DNA of 64,000 nucleotides, from positions 274,592 through 338,591 of the forward strand of contig NMRA01000476.1 in the NCBI GenBank assembly GCA_002633005.1, in the 5' to 3' direction. Position numbers and translations under genes: made by a program. This DNA comes from Phoronis australis. Lineage: Eukaryota; Animalia; Phoronida. A model generated the notes under the pieces. The model saw only the letters and a list, made by a program, of their open reading frames with translations. It made no database searches and was not told the DNA's origin. Shown here in pieces: positions 52,338 to 64,000 of the stretch (positions are counted from its first letter, which is position 1; each line of letters starts with the position of its first letter).

Positions 52338-52453
52338 AGAACGTCCAGTGTTAACCCGAAGTTGTGCTTTTGAAGATCTGTTTGTCGGTAAATGGCTGCT
52401 TGCTACTTCTTATGTTTTGTCCCAGTTTTTTCTGGTTATGCTCAGACCGCAAC

Positions 52454-52995
52454 TGTAGTAATATCCGAGATTACCCGACCCGGGCATCGAACCAGCAACC
52501 CCATAAAAACCGGCAAGCGTGCTAACCGTTCAGCTAATAGGCAATTGCCCGTTAGCGAGTACCTAACAGAGGCTCATATATGATTCACCGGAAGCACATC
52601 TACAACATTCCTCCCTTTCCTACGGAACGGGCACGCCACCAGAAAGGTGGAACACCAGGATGTCTCCCATATGTAGGTCATCATCGTCCCTTCGTACTTT
52701 TACCACCACAACACACAGGTGAACACAAGGTAGTCTGACTCTCATACACAGGTCCTTGACTCCTGCAACCTTTCATGCGCGCCTTCCTCAGGTCCGCGGG
52801 TACTAGTTGGCAGTGCTTCATCGGTAGATCATTCGTTTGACAATTACGCCATTTGTAGTAATAGCGACACGGAGATAGAACCAGCAACCCCATAAAACCG
52901 GCAAGCATGCTAACCATTCAGCTAATAAGCAATTGCCCGTTGGCGAGTAGCTAACAGAGGCTCCTATATGATTCACCGGAAGCACATCTACAACA
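52454..52995 (-). mobile_element. TRIM (non-autonomous LTR retrotransposon in miniature), copy A
   Basis: TG...CA LTRs 52854-52995 (5') and 52454-52607 (3'), PBS-like TGGCGTAATTGTCA at 52838-52851, polypurine tract at 52608-52621, no ORF. Confidence 0.85.
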
Positions 52996-53413
52996 ATTGC
53001 TAAAGGGTAGTAGTGTAGGCGCACACTGTACAAGTCGAGCGCTCCCATCAGCCGCTCACTGTTATTAGGGAGGGCAATCAAAAAGTAGGTCACGGTGCTC
53101 CATATCTGCCTCTGTGTAAAACCCACGTCGGTAAATTACCCGATTTCAGACTTAAAGTTAACTATTAGACAATTTTGTGTTATAAATCGTTACCTTGGTC
53201 TTTATTTGTAAGTTTATAATCTTTTTGACACAAATTAGAATTATCGCTGATAAATCATTTTTGTAAGCTTTTAGTGCACGATTTTCCGCATTGCTATCAA
53301 CTTTCGAAAAAGTGCCTCTTGTTCCTCCAATCCAAAAAAGCACTATACTCTCGATTACAAACATGTCGGACGGGATGTAGTTTAGATAGAGTACATGCAC
53401 ACTTCCTCATGTT

Positions 53414-53942
53414 TGTTGTAGATGTGCTTCCGGTGAATCATATGAGCCTCTGTTAGCTACTCGCTAACGAGCAATTGCCTATTAGCTGAATGGTTAGCAT
53501 GCTTGTCGGTTTTATGGGGGTTGCTGGTTCGAATCCCAGGTCGGGTATTCTCGGCTATTACTACAAATGGCATAGTCGGCAAACGGATGATCTACCGATG
53601 AAGCTCTGCCAACTAGTACCCGCGGACCTCGGGACGGCGCGCATGGAAGGTTCCAGGAGTCAAGGACCTGTATGAGAGGCTACCTTGTGTTCACCTGTGT
53701 TGTGGTAAAAATACCAAGGGACGTTGATGACCTGTATGCGAGATATCCGGGTGTTCACCTTCCTGGTGGCGTGCCCGTTCCGTAGGCAAGGGGGGAATGT
53801 TGTAGATGTGCTTCCGGTGAATCATATGAGCCTCTGTTAGCTAACGGGCAATTGCCTATTAGCTGAATGGTTTGCACGCTTGCCAGTTTGATGGTGGTCG
53901 CTGGTTCGATTCCCGGGTCGGGTAATCTCGGCTATTACTACA
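53414..53942 (+). mobile_element. TRIM copy B with tRNA-like A/B boxes in its LTRs (Helenus/TRIMp3-like)
   Basis: LTRs 53414-53565 and 53798-53942 (TG...CA), PBS TGGCATAGTCGGCA 53568-53581, PPT AAGGGGGGAA 53788-53797, A-box TAGCTGAATGG 53483-53493, B-box GGTTCGAATCC 53526-53536. Confidence 0.88.
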
Positions 53943-56900
53943 AGTTCTTTTCTCGAAGTCAGGACCAAGTTTTCATGGCGAGTTTTGGATTGTCTGGACA
54001 GCCTAATTTTGATCGGTTGGGAAATCGATGTTTTTGAAGTTGCGCAATATGCCCCCCCACCCCAGATTTTTAAATGAACAATTTATCACCCTTTTAATTG
54101 ATAAGTATTTCATTTTCATAAATTCTGTCAAACTGCTGTGCATTGGCACTTTTCAAACAGCAGTGGTTAGTTCACCAAGTCGCCACATGTCAGCGCCACG
54201 AGTGGCTACGTTGAAGTTCAATGGCATTGCAACTTTGCTTTTCAAAATAAAGTTGTTACAAAGAGTTTTGTTGCGTAAATGATGATATTCTTCATGTTAA
54301 GAATGATTTGTTTTCCCAAATGGTCTTTTGTCTACTTTCTGATGTTTTTTTGCCATGATACAATCTAATAGTACATGGGTGGCGCCGCAGCACTGAAAAA
54401 AGTGGGGACTATATTGCCTCCTCCACCCCCCTATCAGGCTATGATGTGCTGCCCATGTAGTAGTACTCATGAGCAGATCCAGGATTTTTAGTTAGGAGGG
54501 GGGGGGGCAGGGCAGAGTATTAGGCAGGATTTTATCCGTGAGATATTTGCACCCTCAAGCTGCCAAATGAAATCTGGGAGAATTTTAGGGGGGCCATGAG
54601 CTGGCCCTCTTGCCCCCCCAAATCCACCAATCTTATCTTGTGGTATGATGTGAAATTTCCTCCTAGCTCAGGTGTATTTATTTCTAAGCTGATGTGCTGT
54701 CTTTGCTCTATTCCTTTTAAGCTGTGTAATCCATTGTTTTCATCAAACATGTCATGGGGTTGATGCTCCTGTTCCATGTATGTAAACAACACACTTAAAC
54801 AGTAATATCTATGTAGAAATTGATCCAAATTGTATATAATACATACCACCATGTTTGTCTCAATGAGACGAATTGTTTGATATGCAACACATATATATTT
54901 TTTTATTTTTTACAAAATTATGTAAAAAGGCAGATATTTTACACATAATCGTCTCGTTTCAATGACCATTTTCTCGGTAACCGCTCACCCAATTTTTATG
55001 GTTTTTGCACCATTTCATTTCTCACACCAAGGGCTTTTCAAAAATGTATGACACTTGAGCATTGTAAAAAAATTAAAAGACGTACTCCCTACTGTTATGT
55101 ACTATAATATATAGTATCGCGCCTCTTATTGACATCATCCGCTTGCCGTTATGTATTATAATATATAGAAGGTTACCCTGTGAGTTTACTGTATGAAGAC
55201 CATCGTCAAAATGCAGCTAGGTACCACTGATTGTGTGTTGAGCGCCGATAGATGTCCGAATAGCACGCAACCTGGGTAGTTCTACTCATCATGTTCGGTT
55301 TGCTGGTATCAAAATTCTATTAAAAAACTTATGATGTGAAACCAGTTCCAATAATTTTTGTGATGTGTACATAATCTCATGAAAGAATAACTGTTGATTG
55401 AAGAATCAGGAAGAAAAGAAACTGGCCAATAGATGCCGCAATATTTCATGGCGCCGGAAACAAAGGATTGCACCACAATTTTAGCAGCAGAATAACATAA
55501 GAAAGCCATTTTTTTCAACACCGGTAAATGATTTAGTTTACTGAAGGAAGCGCATAGTTTTTAATGGGAGCAAAAACAAGCACGGGTGCGTGTTATTGCA
55601 ATTGAGGTGTGGAGCTCACTGTATCGAGGTAACTCTTGTTGTTGTTTGTTGAAACATCTCCGACTGAGGATTTTTTTTTCTATTTTACATTTGTAACGGC
55701 CAGTAAAGCCTGTGCCAATTTGCTACCAAGTACGCACTGCTTTCATATGTCCAGGTAGTCACACAGCAATTGCTCACTCCAGGCTGGTACTTTGCATCAG
55801 TTTCACGATATGGCGATAAAGATAAGAATTTGCTGATTTAGAAATTTTTTTCCTCTAATTTATTACCTAAACGGGTACTGTTGCTGAAATTTGACGTACC
55901 CTCGCGATGAGTCAGGGCTGACGCAGTAACTGTTGGCTGCAGGATATGCGCGTACTTCACAAACTTATGATAATGCATTAAATACCATTCATCATGTGCA
56001 AAGAACAGGTAAAATTTGGACAATAAATAATCAAGTTTTTAAAAAAAGAACCAAACTGAGAATCAAAAACAACCAAATAAAGTAACAATGCATTTAAGCT
56101 CACGGTGATGTCAATACGTTTTCAAGGACACTGTGACTGTCATTCAGGAATCCTTCATGAACTGATGCACAGGAACTCAGGTCACGGAAATAGATGGGAA
56201 TAGTCAATGATTTTCTGATCTCGGCTGAGCTACAATATTGTGCTCTAAAAGGCTTTTAGTTTGATAACAGAAAGGATGTGAACATTATGCCATGTTACAT
56301 ATTACTTAATTTGGTATGTATTTTTAAGTTGTTGGACTAGATTGCCCTTTGAGATAAGGATTTCTCAAACCTTTTTCGCAAAAATTGGCCGTTTCTACAA
56401 TATTTACATATATGTCTAGCAAAATACGTTATCTTCATTCTCATGGAACCTCACGAGTAGTGAGAAAAAGATTCAGCAGTACCATGTTGGAACCGCACAG
56501 CTGTGTGGAAATTAATTTACTACTTATTTGAAATCATTGAAAACGAATGCTCCGAGTCGCCGCACGCTTCTGTGACTTTTTGAACAGAGATAAATCCTCA
56601 TTTGATAGGTAACTTGACATTTCGCTGTCTTGACCTCATGCTCACAACTCGCGTTAACCACCGACTCTATTCCTGTTGCCCATTTTGTACTTGGTTTCCT
56701 ATCAGTCTCTCGACACATGGTGTGTATAACAATGATTTGTTGACCTATTTTTAAGTAGGTCAACAGTATATCCTGCCTTGGCTGGAGACAGTCACAAAAT
56801 TAAAACGTTTTAGTGAGGATGAAGTTAATTACACACTGCAAATTTAGTTGTCATTGCAAGTGAATGTTGAAATAGCAAACATTGTTAAGGCACGTATAGG

Positions 56901-57953
56901 ATATATTGACCAAAAGCAATTAGTGTTCACCGAAAAATTAACATTTGTCAACATCAATACCAAAACCTCCAGATTTTCCTAATTCAATCTACAACATTCA
57001 TGACAAAGTGCATCTGCCAACTATCTCCATTCATGTCAACCAATGCACATGCTGGTTAGGCTGCTTACATCATTGCCAGTGAACGCTTTCATCGACTGAA
57101 AACTGCAACATAAGATGCAGAGTCCACGGCAACACAGAGAGACTCGTGATGGTAATTTGCTATCGTCACAAGCTGACCACAGTACGACCTGATGTGATGA
57201 GATCATTAGATTATGGTTGATTCTGGTCTGTAAATCGACTCATTTTGAGACCGCCTTTTAAATTAGTTATTTAGTCATATATATGTGCTTCTGTGGTTGT
57301 ACTTGATTAGGAGGAATGGCAAGAAATTCGAGGGCTCCAGTGCCTGATTGCATGAAACAGTCCCAAATAGGGACTCAACTAAGTTCCCTAAATCTACTGC
57401 GTGCTTGTTGGCTTATGTAGATTCACTGATCATCCTTTTTATGGGCTTTGAGTCTGATAACTAAGTCAGTTTGTGACTTTGATATACATCGCGAGTGAAG
57501 TCTACATTGAATGATCAGTATTATTGAAAATAAGTAGGGATCTTTTCATGTAATGTCCCTAATTTAATTACTAATTGCCTAATTATTTTGACTTAATTAA
57601 GGACTCAATTTATAGTTATTTTGTTAGAAAATGTCATTGGTCAAAGAGGAGCTCATACTAATGATGAAATGATAGAAAAATACTACATCTGTGAGTAAAG
57701 AATGAAACAAATTCGCAAAAGATTTAAGGAACTTAGTTGAGTCTCTATATGGGACTGCTTTATGCAACAGGGCACCGGAAACGTTTGCCTATTTTGCTTT
57801 TACCCAACCAGCGTGCAAGCTTGCTAACCATGCAGTTGATAGCGAGTGGTTAACAGAAGTTCACGGGAAATATGTCTACATCAGTGGTTACCCCAAGGCA
57901 TTTGGTCACTTGTGATATGTGTTACAAATTAATAAATATTTTTCTCTATAGCC

Positions 57954-60900
57954 ATGGAGGAATCTGCCCCCAAAAAGCAGCATCGCCAGCCCCACAGTGG
58001 GCCAAAGGCAGAAAAGAAAAAGGCAAAGACTCAACATAACCAGGAGCTTACAGACAGACAGCGGAATCCAAAAGCCTTCTCTTATCACTCTGTAAACAAA
58101 GTTGCAAAGGCTGTCCGCAGGTACTGACACTCTAGCAGAGATTTATTTTTATTTTGTGCAGATGTACTTTATCATGTTACCTGTGAATAAAACATGGCAT
58201 TGTTTCATTCTACATTTTCTCGCAAAATAAGTTTGAGGCTAACACTTGTTGCTTTAAGAAATCACACAATCATGTTATGTCTGTACGGTAAAGTCGCGTG
58301 ATTTTCGGACGGCCCGCCATTTTCGACCAAGAATAAATATTTCCGAAATGAGTTTTTCATGGTCCACGAAATTCGTACAAGGTCCAAAAACTGTTTTTCA
58401 ATGATCCTCGAATTTCGGACAATGTCATAAACGTCGGATTTTTGTCCCGCGACTTTCGGACAAGGAAAATTTTAGAAACGCTAATTTAGGATCGACGCAA
58501 CTCCCGTGTCACTAAAGCGTTCAACGGATGATTACTACTCGATAAGGCTTGAATCTGAGAATTGGGGTAACGGGCTTTGTAATTTTTACCTTGTCTTGAC
58601 GATGTCATGACCGTTACTCGATTGTCTTGCGTTTAGCTTGAGTTTGGCGCTTTAGCTATGAAAAAAGTCACCGAGTCTCGCATGACGAAAATTTCTGATG
58701 AAAATACAAATGGGAAATACACGGAAGGCTGCAGTTTTTCGTTGTAGCGTAACATGTGCTCTGGTTTAATTAGACCGTGTTGTTCAACTTCCGACTGTGA
58801 CATTGAACTTGCACGCCTCAACTTGCGTGTTTACGAAGCGTTTTTATTTTTAAAACGTCCTGGCCTTTGCAAATGCCCTTGTTAGTGGCTAAAATCTCCC
58901 GACGACGTGTCTGGATTTTATTCTTGACGTGATGAGAAATATTTTTTGTTTAGGCCCCCATACACAATAGGTCACAGCTAAGTATGTCCGTAGGATATCG
59001 CGCGTTCAAAGTAGTGTAGATAGTGAACAGCAGCAGCCGAATGAGACGGAGCCAAAGTAAAACTGGTTAAAAATCAAACATAGCGCAAGGCCCAGCACTC
59101 AGAAAGGGGCGCGGCGCACACGCAATTGTTACAGAGACATTGCATCCCTGTCCTATGTTGTGTAAGTGCCGGTGTGCTATAACACATATCAAAAACTAAT
59201 GTACATCCACGTAACCACGTTTCACTACCCTTACAAATTGTCTGTTGCTCTCTGATAAGCATCGCAGATGCAAGAATCTCGCTAAAGAAGATAGTGTGAT
59301 CGTGTGCTTCGTTTGCAATGCCTCACCATACGTCTCGACGTCTTAAGTCTAGCGTGTTCGTGAGATTCTCACCCTTGCGCCCCCGATCGCAGACTAGGGT
59401 AGAGTTCAGTAGCTGTCTTGGGAAATACAAAAATCTAGCCAAAATCACGCTTTCAATTAAAAAACACAATACATCACGTAATTTCATGAATTCGTGCTTT
59501 TTAGCGAAGTTCTAGCGTTACGAGCTTAACCCCAGATGTAAACCTAAAAAGATTTAACTTGCGGCGACCCAATTTTGCTTGCTCATCCACTGGTCTGTGT
59601 ACTTGTGGTCTTGTTAATTCACATCCTAGCTGTACCGTCTGAGGTACAACACCCTGAACTCCATGGTGTCCCGAGATTAAGATGAATCCCGACAAGGACA
59701 CCGGGACCCTGTGGCACTCTCTGTCTGCGGCGACTAAGAAAATCCTCCACCAATCATTTCGAAAAATGACAAGTCAGTTGAATCAGATTTGGTAGTCGTT
59801 GCTTCTTGTGGTCCTAGGGGTAGGCTAACAAGAATACAGGACCTGGAGTCCGATGCAACGGGCCTGGAACCTGATAGGTGTTTCCGACCGGAGTTCCATA
59901 TCTACTTTCCACAGGACCTTGTCTTCATGTCTATGTTACCGCCTTCAGTTGATAGTTTTGAGACAAAAAAGAAACGTGATCTTAAACTACAGACCATGTT
60001 TTTTGTATTACTTAATATAGTTTTAGAGGCATTTCAGCTGTAAGTGTGTTTAATTGTGTTGACTGTTACATTGCTAATTATTATTGTTCTATTTTTACCC
60101 GAGGTGATGCCTTACTTGCAGCAAGGGTAAATAATTTTGGGAAGTATTACTAGCGATTTCCGTATATAAGTTGGGGAAACCAAACGTCTTATGTAAAAAT
60201 ACACCAGGGCCTATACTCAGCAATGCCGAATACACGAACACAGTATAAATACTGTAGCTCACCCTAATTATATCCTAGTGGGAATAGCATTATTTTTAGA
60301 TTTCAAGCATGCATTTTTATTCTCAGATATGCATCCCAGGTATATTTTAGGGAAAAATTTAAGATACGCAAATTGGCCATATATTCTCCTGGACTTATAT
60401 ACGGAAATCTACGGTGGATCTTCTTAAACCTGTCAACCATGAAAATTTCATTGAGACAGTTTTGTTCTACTAACATGTTCAACTAACATTCCGTTCATGC
60501 AAGTCGGTCAGTACGTTCGCATTTAAGGCGTTATTGCAACAGGTAAGTGTTGTTTTGATTTTTGTTTGGTGTTTCCATATTTTATTTTGTTATGTATTCC
60601 TGTCTTCAGATAGTCACTGTTATTCTTCAACAACATTTCTGTACTTATAATGAGACTTCAGTAAACTCGCGACTGTTCATACTTTAAATGTTAGCAGAAG
60701 TGTGTAATGTCCATCAGCAGAGACCTGTGGGAAGAACTATTTTCCGTAACTGTAGCAAATATATGACGAAATGAAATGAAAACGGTCGACATAGATGAAT
60801 TGTAATTGGTTAAATATACATTAAGAAAGAAAATTAAGTATATAAATAGTAGAATGGTACTTGAATTGCCTGGTTTACGTCCTTCATGAGTTCACCTGTC

Positions 60901-63900
60901 CCAAATTGAGTGCTTTCGTTTTTCTTTTCAGGTCGTCACTAGTCGATTCTTCTAACAGTCGTGATCTGCCCAGTATCCTATTGTATCAACGTGCGCAACA
61001 ACGGTCTTGGCAGGGGGTTGCACCTAGTAGACTCCCTTAGAATTAGTGGCGCAAAATCGACATTGGTGTGCAACAGGAGGCCGAGGGGGGGGTGGCGGCG
61101 TAAATTAGTAGTGACTGACGGAGACTGAGCTGCGCGAAATTGGTGACGACCGTGGACGGCGCTAAACTGGTGACGACCAGAAGAAACGGCCCTGTTATCT
61201 TCCACGCAGATTACCAGAAAATGTTAACGATTATCAGTTTCATTTCATCCACAAAAAGATTTCACAAGTCAGAGTTTTCACTGTGGTTAAAAACGTAAGC
61301 GAACCCAGATGTGTTAGGTCACCTCAGTTGCATGAAGACGCGCCAGTGTATCACTGAGTTAACATCGGGCGTTTCAAAGGCTGTGGATGAGAAAGGTTTT
61401 AATTGAAAAAAAAACGGTTGGGTGAATTTGATGTTGGTAGCATTTGAAATTGCATTTGCTTTCTAGACAACGCCCTTATATATACAATATGTTAGTTAAT
61501 CGTGTCTTCAGCCGCGCAGCACTGTACTAGTCGACGCATTCCCATCGTTTGCCGCAGTAGGCCTAAACATGTAGAACGACAGCGCTTCTTCAACAATTCA
61601 GACGACTACCAGGACGACAAATGGGGATCACAAGTCGATGAGAAACTACTCGTTTTATTATCATGATTGTCTTTGTTATCTATTTTGGGTAATTGTTCAA
61701 TCGAAGTTTTCATGTTGAAACTGAGCTTTCAGTTAATATGGAAATAAATGTGTCAGAGTTAACTTGCGTTTCGGTTTGTAACCAGCAGACAATGCATGGA
61801 TACGTTTAACAAACATAAATATATGCTATGTTCTTGTCATTGTTCGTCACTTTCTTCATTGAACTCGTTCCCACATCCATTACTGTTACGTTTAATGCAA
61901 AATTCGTTAAAATTGAGAAAGCGCATGTTTTGATGGTCGGGAACCCTCTTTGTGCGCCGAATACGCAATTCCAGCATTTTATTGGGAAACCATGCGTTCA
62001 CAGCGCAAACTCGACATTTTTGTTATTGAGAAAACGCATTTTTACAAAAGAGAATCGGTTGTCTAACGTTTCATGTGCGTCAACAACGCAAACCAGACCC
62101 ACTCATTGAAAAGCCCATATTTGTCACCAGGAAGACTCTTCGCAACGCAGCCCGATATTTCAAGTGGGATAGCGCAGTTTTGAAAAGATTCCGTCACTTG
62201 CGGAGAACGGTTTTTGAGCATCGGCAATGCAAGCCGAATATTTCATATTGAGAAAGCACATCTTTGAAAAGAAGAACCAACACTTGTTGGGAACGGTCTT
62301 TGTGCGTCGACGGCGCACATTTCTTATTGGGAAAGCCAGATTTTCAAAAATTAATCGCTCAGACCATTTGAGTCTCATTTACCTGCAATTATACTGCTAT
62401 CAAATGACCGAGCCAGCATTGTTGATACTACGACCGCTCATCGAAATAATGTACACCCACGAAATTCGGACACTAGCGGAAACCCAAATTTGGAGGTCCG
62501 CCAAATTCGGACACCACAAAATGATATTTCGCGAGATTCGTCCAAGAATGAATTTTTTCTATTGGAATTAATTTTCAGTGTCCGAAAATCACGCGACTTT
62601 ACCGTATTTATCCAGATAGCATGCATAATCATATTTTTAATTTCTTATACCTATTACTGTATTTATTATTGTTCCTATGTATACTATCAAATAAACTAAT
62701 TATAACATTTTTAATCCCTAGAAAGAGGAATGCGTTCTGGCTACTGAATATGTATTCCGAGCATTTGTCATTACTGTGCTTTTGTGTTAGCAGTGAAAAC
62801 ATTAATCTGTGTCTTAGTTTATATTTTGAACCTTAGTTGGCTTTTCTGTCATCCATGTTCTCTTTGAGTAATCCTATAATTATTATAAGTTTGTTTGCAT
62901 GCTTGTGTTTATTTGGGATGTTTTCTTATAACCTAATAACGGCTAGTACGTTTGCATGGTTACTTTCAATGGTAAACCATTTACTTACTGTTCTTGCTTA
63001 TGAAGATGCATCGGTAACTGTTATTGTCTAAATGTAATATGTTTGTTTATTTCAGGACTTTGGACATACAAGTGAAAAAGCAACACATACCTGTTGTGGA
63101 CAGAACTCCTGTAGAACCTCCGCCCATTGTAGTCGTTGTTGTTGGCCCTCCTAAAGTGGGCAAGACCACGTTGATAAACTGTCTGATCAAGAACTTCACT
63201 CGTCAGAAACTGACCACCATACAAGGCCCTGTGACCATTGTATCAGGTATGCTTGTGAATATGGCACAGCTTAGATATTGAGGATATTCAACTGACCGTG
63301 GTCAGAATGTTAAACGAGAACTAAGTTACATAGAGGAAAATTTGCCTCCGTTGAGATTAATTGTATTGTCCATCTATAATGAATTCTTTCTTGTACTTTG
63401 ACTTAAAATCTTAGTACACTTTGACAGAAGTGCCTCTCTGGTGCAGAGTTCGTTGAAAACGATATGTCATTAATTCATTTGGTAGATCATTGCTAAGATG
63501 CGATCTGCACACAAGGAGTATTTTTAGACAATACGAGCAATGCAGAAAGAAGTTATCTAGCAATCAATGTGGTATTGTTTTTAACGAACTCTGCATCAGT
63601 TTGACTTCTTAAGATATCTGTGAATGTCCATTAATTGATAATTTGCAATGACCATTTTGACTACTGCTATTTTGCATTTCAAAATTTATTTATTTATCCA
63701 ATGGCGTCCTGTTATGCAGGTAAAAAGAAACGGTTGACAATTATAGAGTGCAACAATGACATCAATTGTATGATTGACCTGGCTAAGATCGCCGATCTGG
63801 TTCTGTTGCTCGTCGACGCCAGCTTCGGCTTTGAGATGGAGACTTTTGAATTTCTCAACATCTGCCAAGTGCACGGATTTCCCAAGATAATGGGAGTGCT

Positions 63901-63988
63901 GACCCACCTGGACATGTTTAGGAATACTAAGGTCCTCAGGAAGACTAAAAAGAAATTGAAACATCGGTTCTGGACTGAGATTTATCAG
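57954..63988 (+). CDS. BMS1: Ribosome biogenesis GTPase BMS1, first three coding exons (gene continues beyond the window)
   Basis: Exons 57954-58120 (MEESAPKKQHRQPHSGPKAEKKK...RNPKAF), 63056-63246 (HIPVVDRTPVEPPPIVVVVVGPPKVGKTTLI, P-loop), 63720-63988 (IDLAKIADLVLLLVDASFGFEMETFEFLNICQVHGFPKIMGVLTHLD...KHRFWTEIYQ). GT-AG and phases are consistent. An acceptor AG at 57950-57951 implies an upstream non-coding exon. Confidence 0.95.
58286..62604. mobile_element. 4.3-kb TIR element with TA target duplication (Tc1/mariner-pogo-type, non-autonomous) in a BMS1 intron
   Basis: Perfect 25-bp TIRs CGGTAAAGTCGCGTGATTTTCGGAC (58286-58310, 62580-62604) flanked by TA on both sides, sub-terminal AAATTCGGAC-like repeats, no long ORF. 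Confidence 0.85.
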
Positions 63989-64000
63989 GTGGGTGACCCT

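Noticed and set aside
52313-52354. Short ORF MEAPCFHVKNVQC resembling NME5 MEAPCIYVE
   Set aside because: Similarity spans only about 5 codons; most likely coincidence or a trivial uORF.
53476-53548. tRNA gene
   Set aside because: A/B boxes are present but the acceptor and anticodon stems do not pair; it is part of a TRIM LTR repeated four times.

Overview
AT-rich, intron-rich animal genomic DNA; an invertebrate bilaterian, possibly a deuterostome, is inferred but not shown. It holds three protein-coding genes, reconstructed exon by exon from splice sites and reading phase. (1) NME5, NDP-kinase homolog 5 with a C-terminal Dpy-30 domain (+, 7854-12211, 5 coding exons, 218 aa). (2) A large prosaposin-like gene (-, 51977-13143). 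(3) The 5' part of BMS1 (+, from 57954, running off the window). The prosaposin locus has one signal-peptide exon and one N-terminal SapA+2xSapB block. These are followed by two intact, paralogous multi-exon 3' modules, each ending in its own C-terminal SapA and stop codon: module A (40425-28745, 5 SapB) and module B (25348-13143, 6 SapB). This suggests a constant 5' region spliced to alternative 3' saposin cassettes. Non-coding DNA carries Helentron/DINE-1-like elements with arrays of co-oriented CTCF-like motifs, a head-to-head pair of TRIMs whose LTRs contain tRNA-type A/B boxes, several MITEs/TIR elements, SINE remnants and mini/microsatellites. Three single-N joins are flanked by duplicated sequence that looks like uncollapsed haplotypes rather than real duplications.
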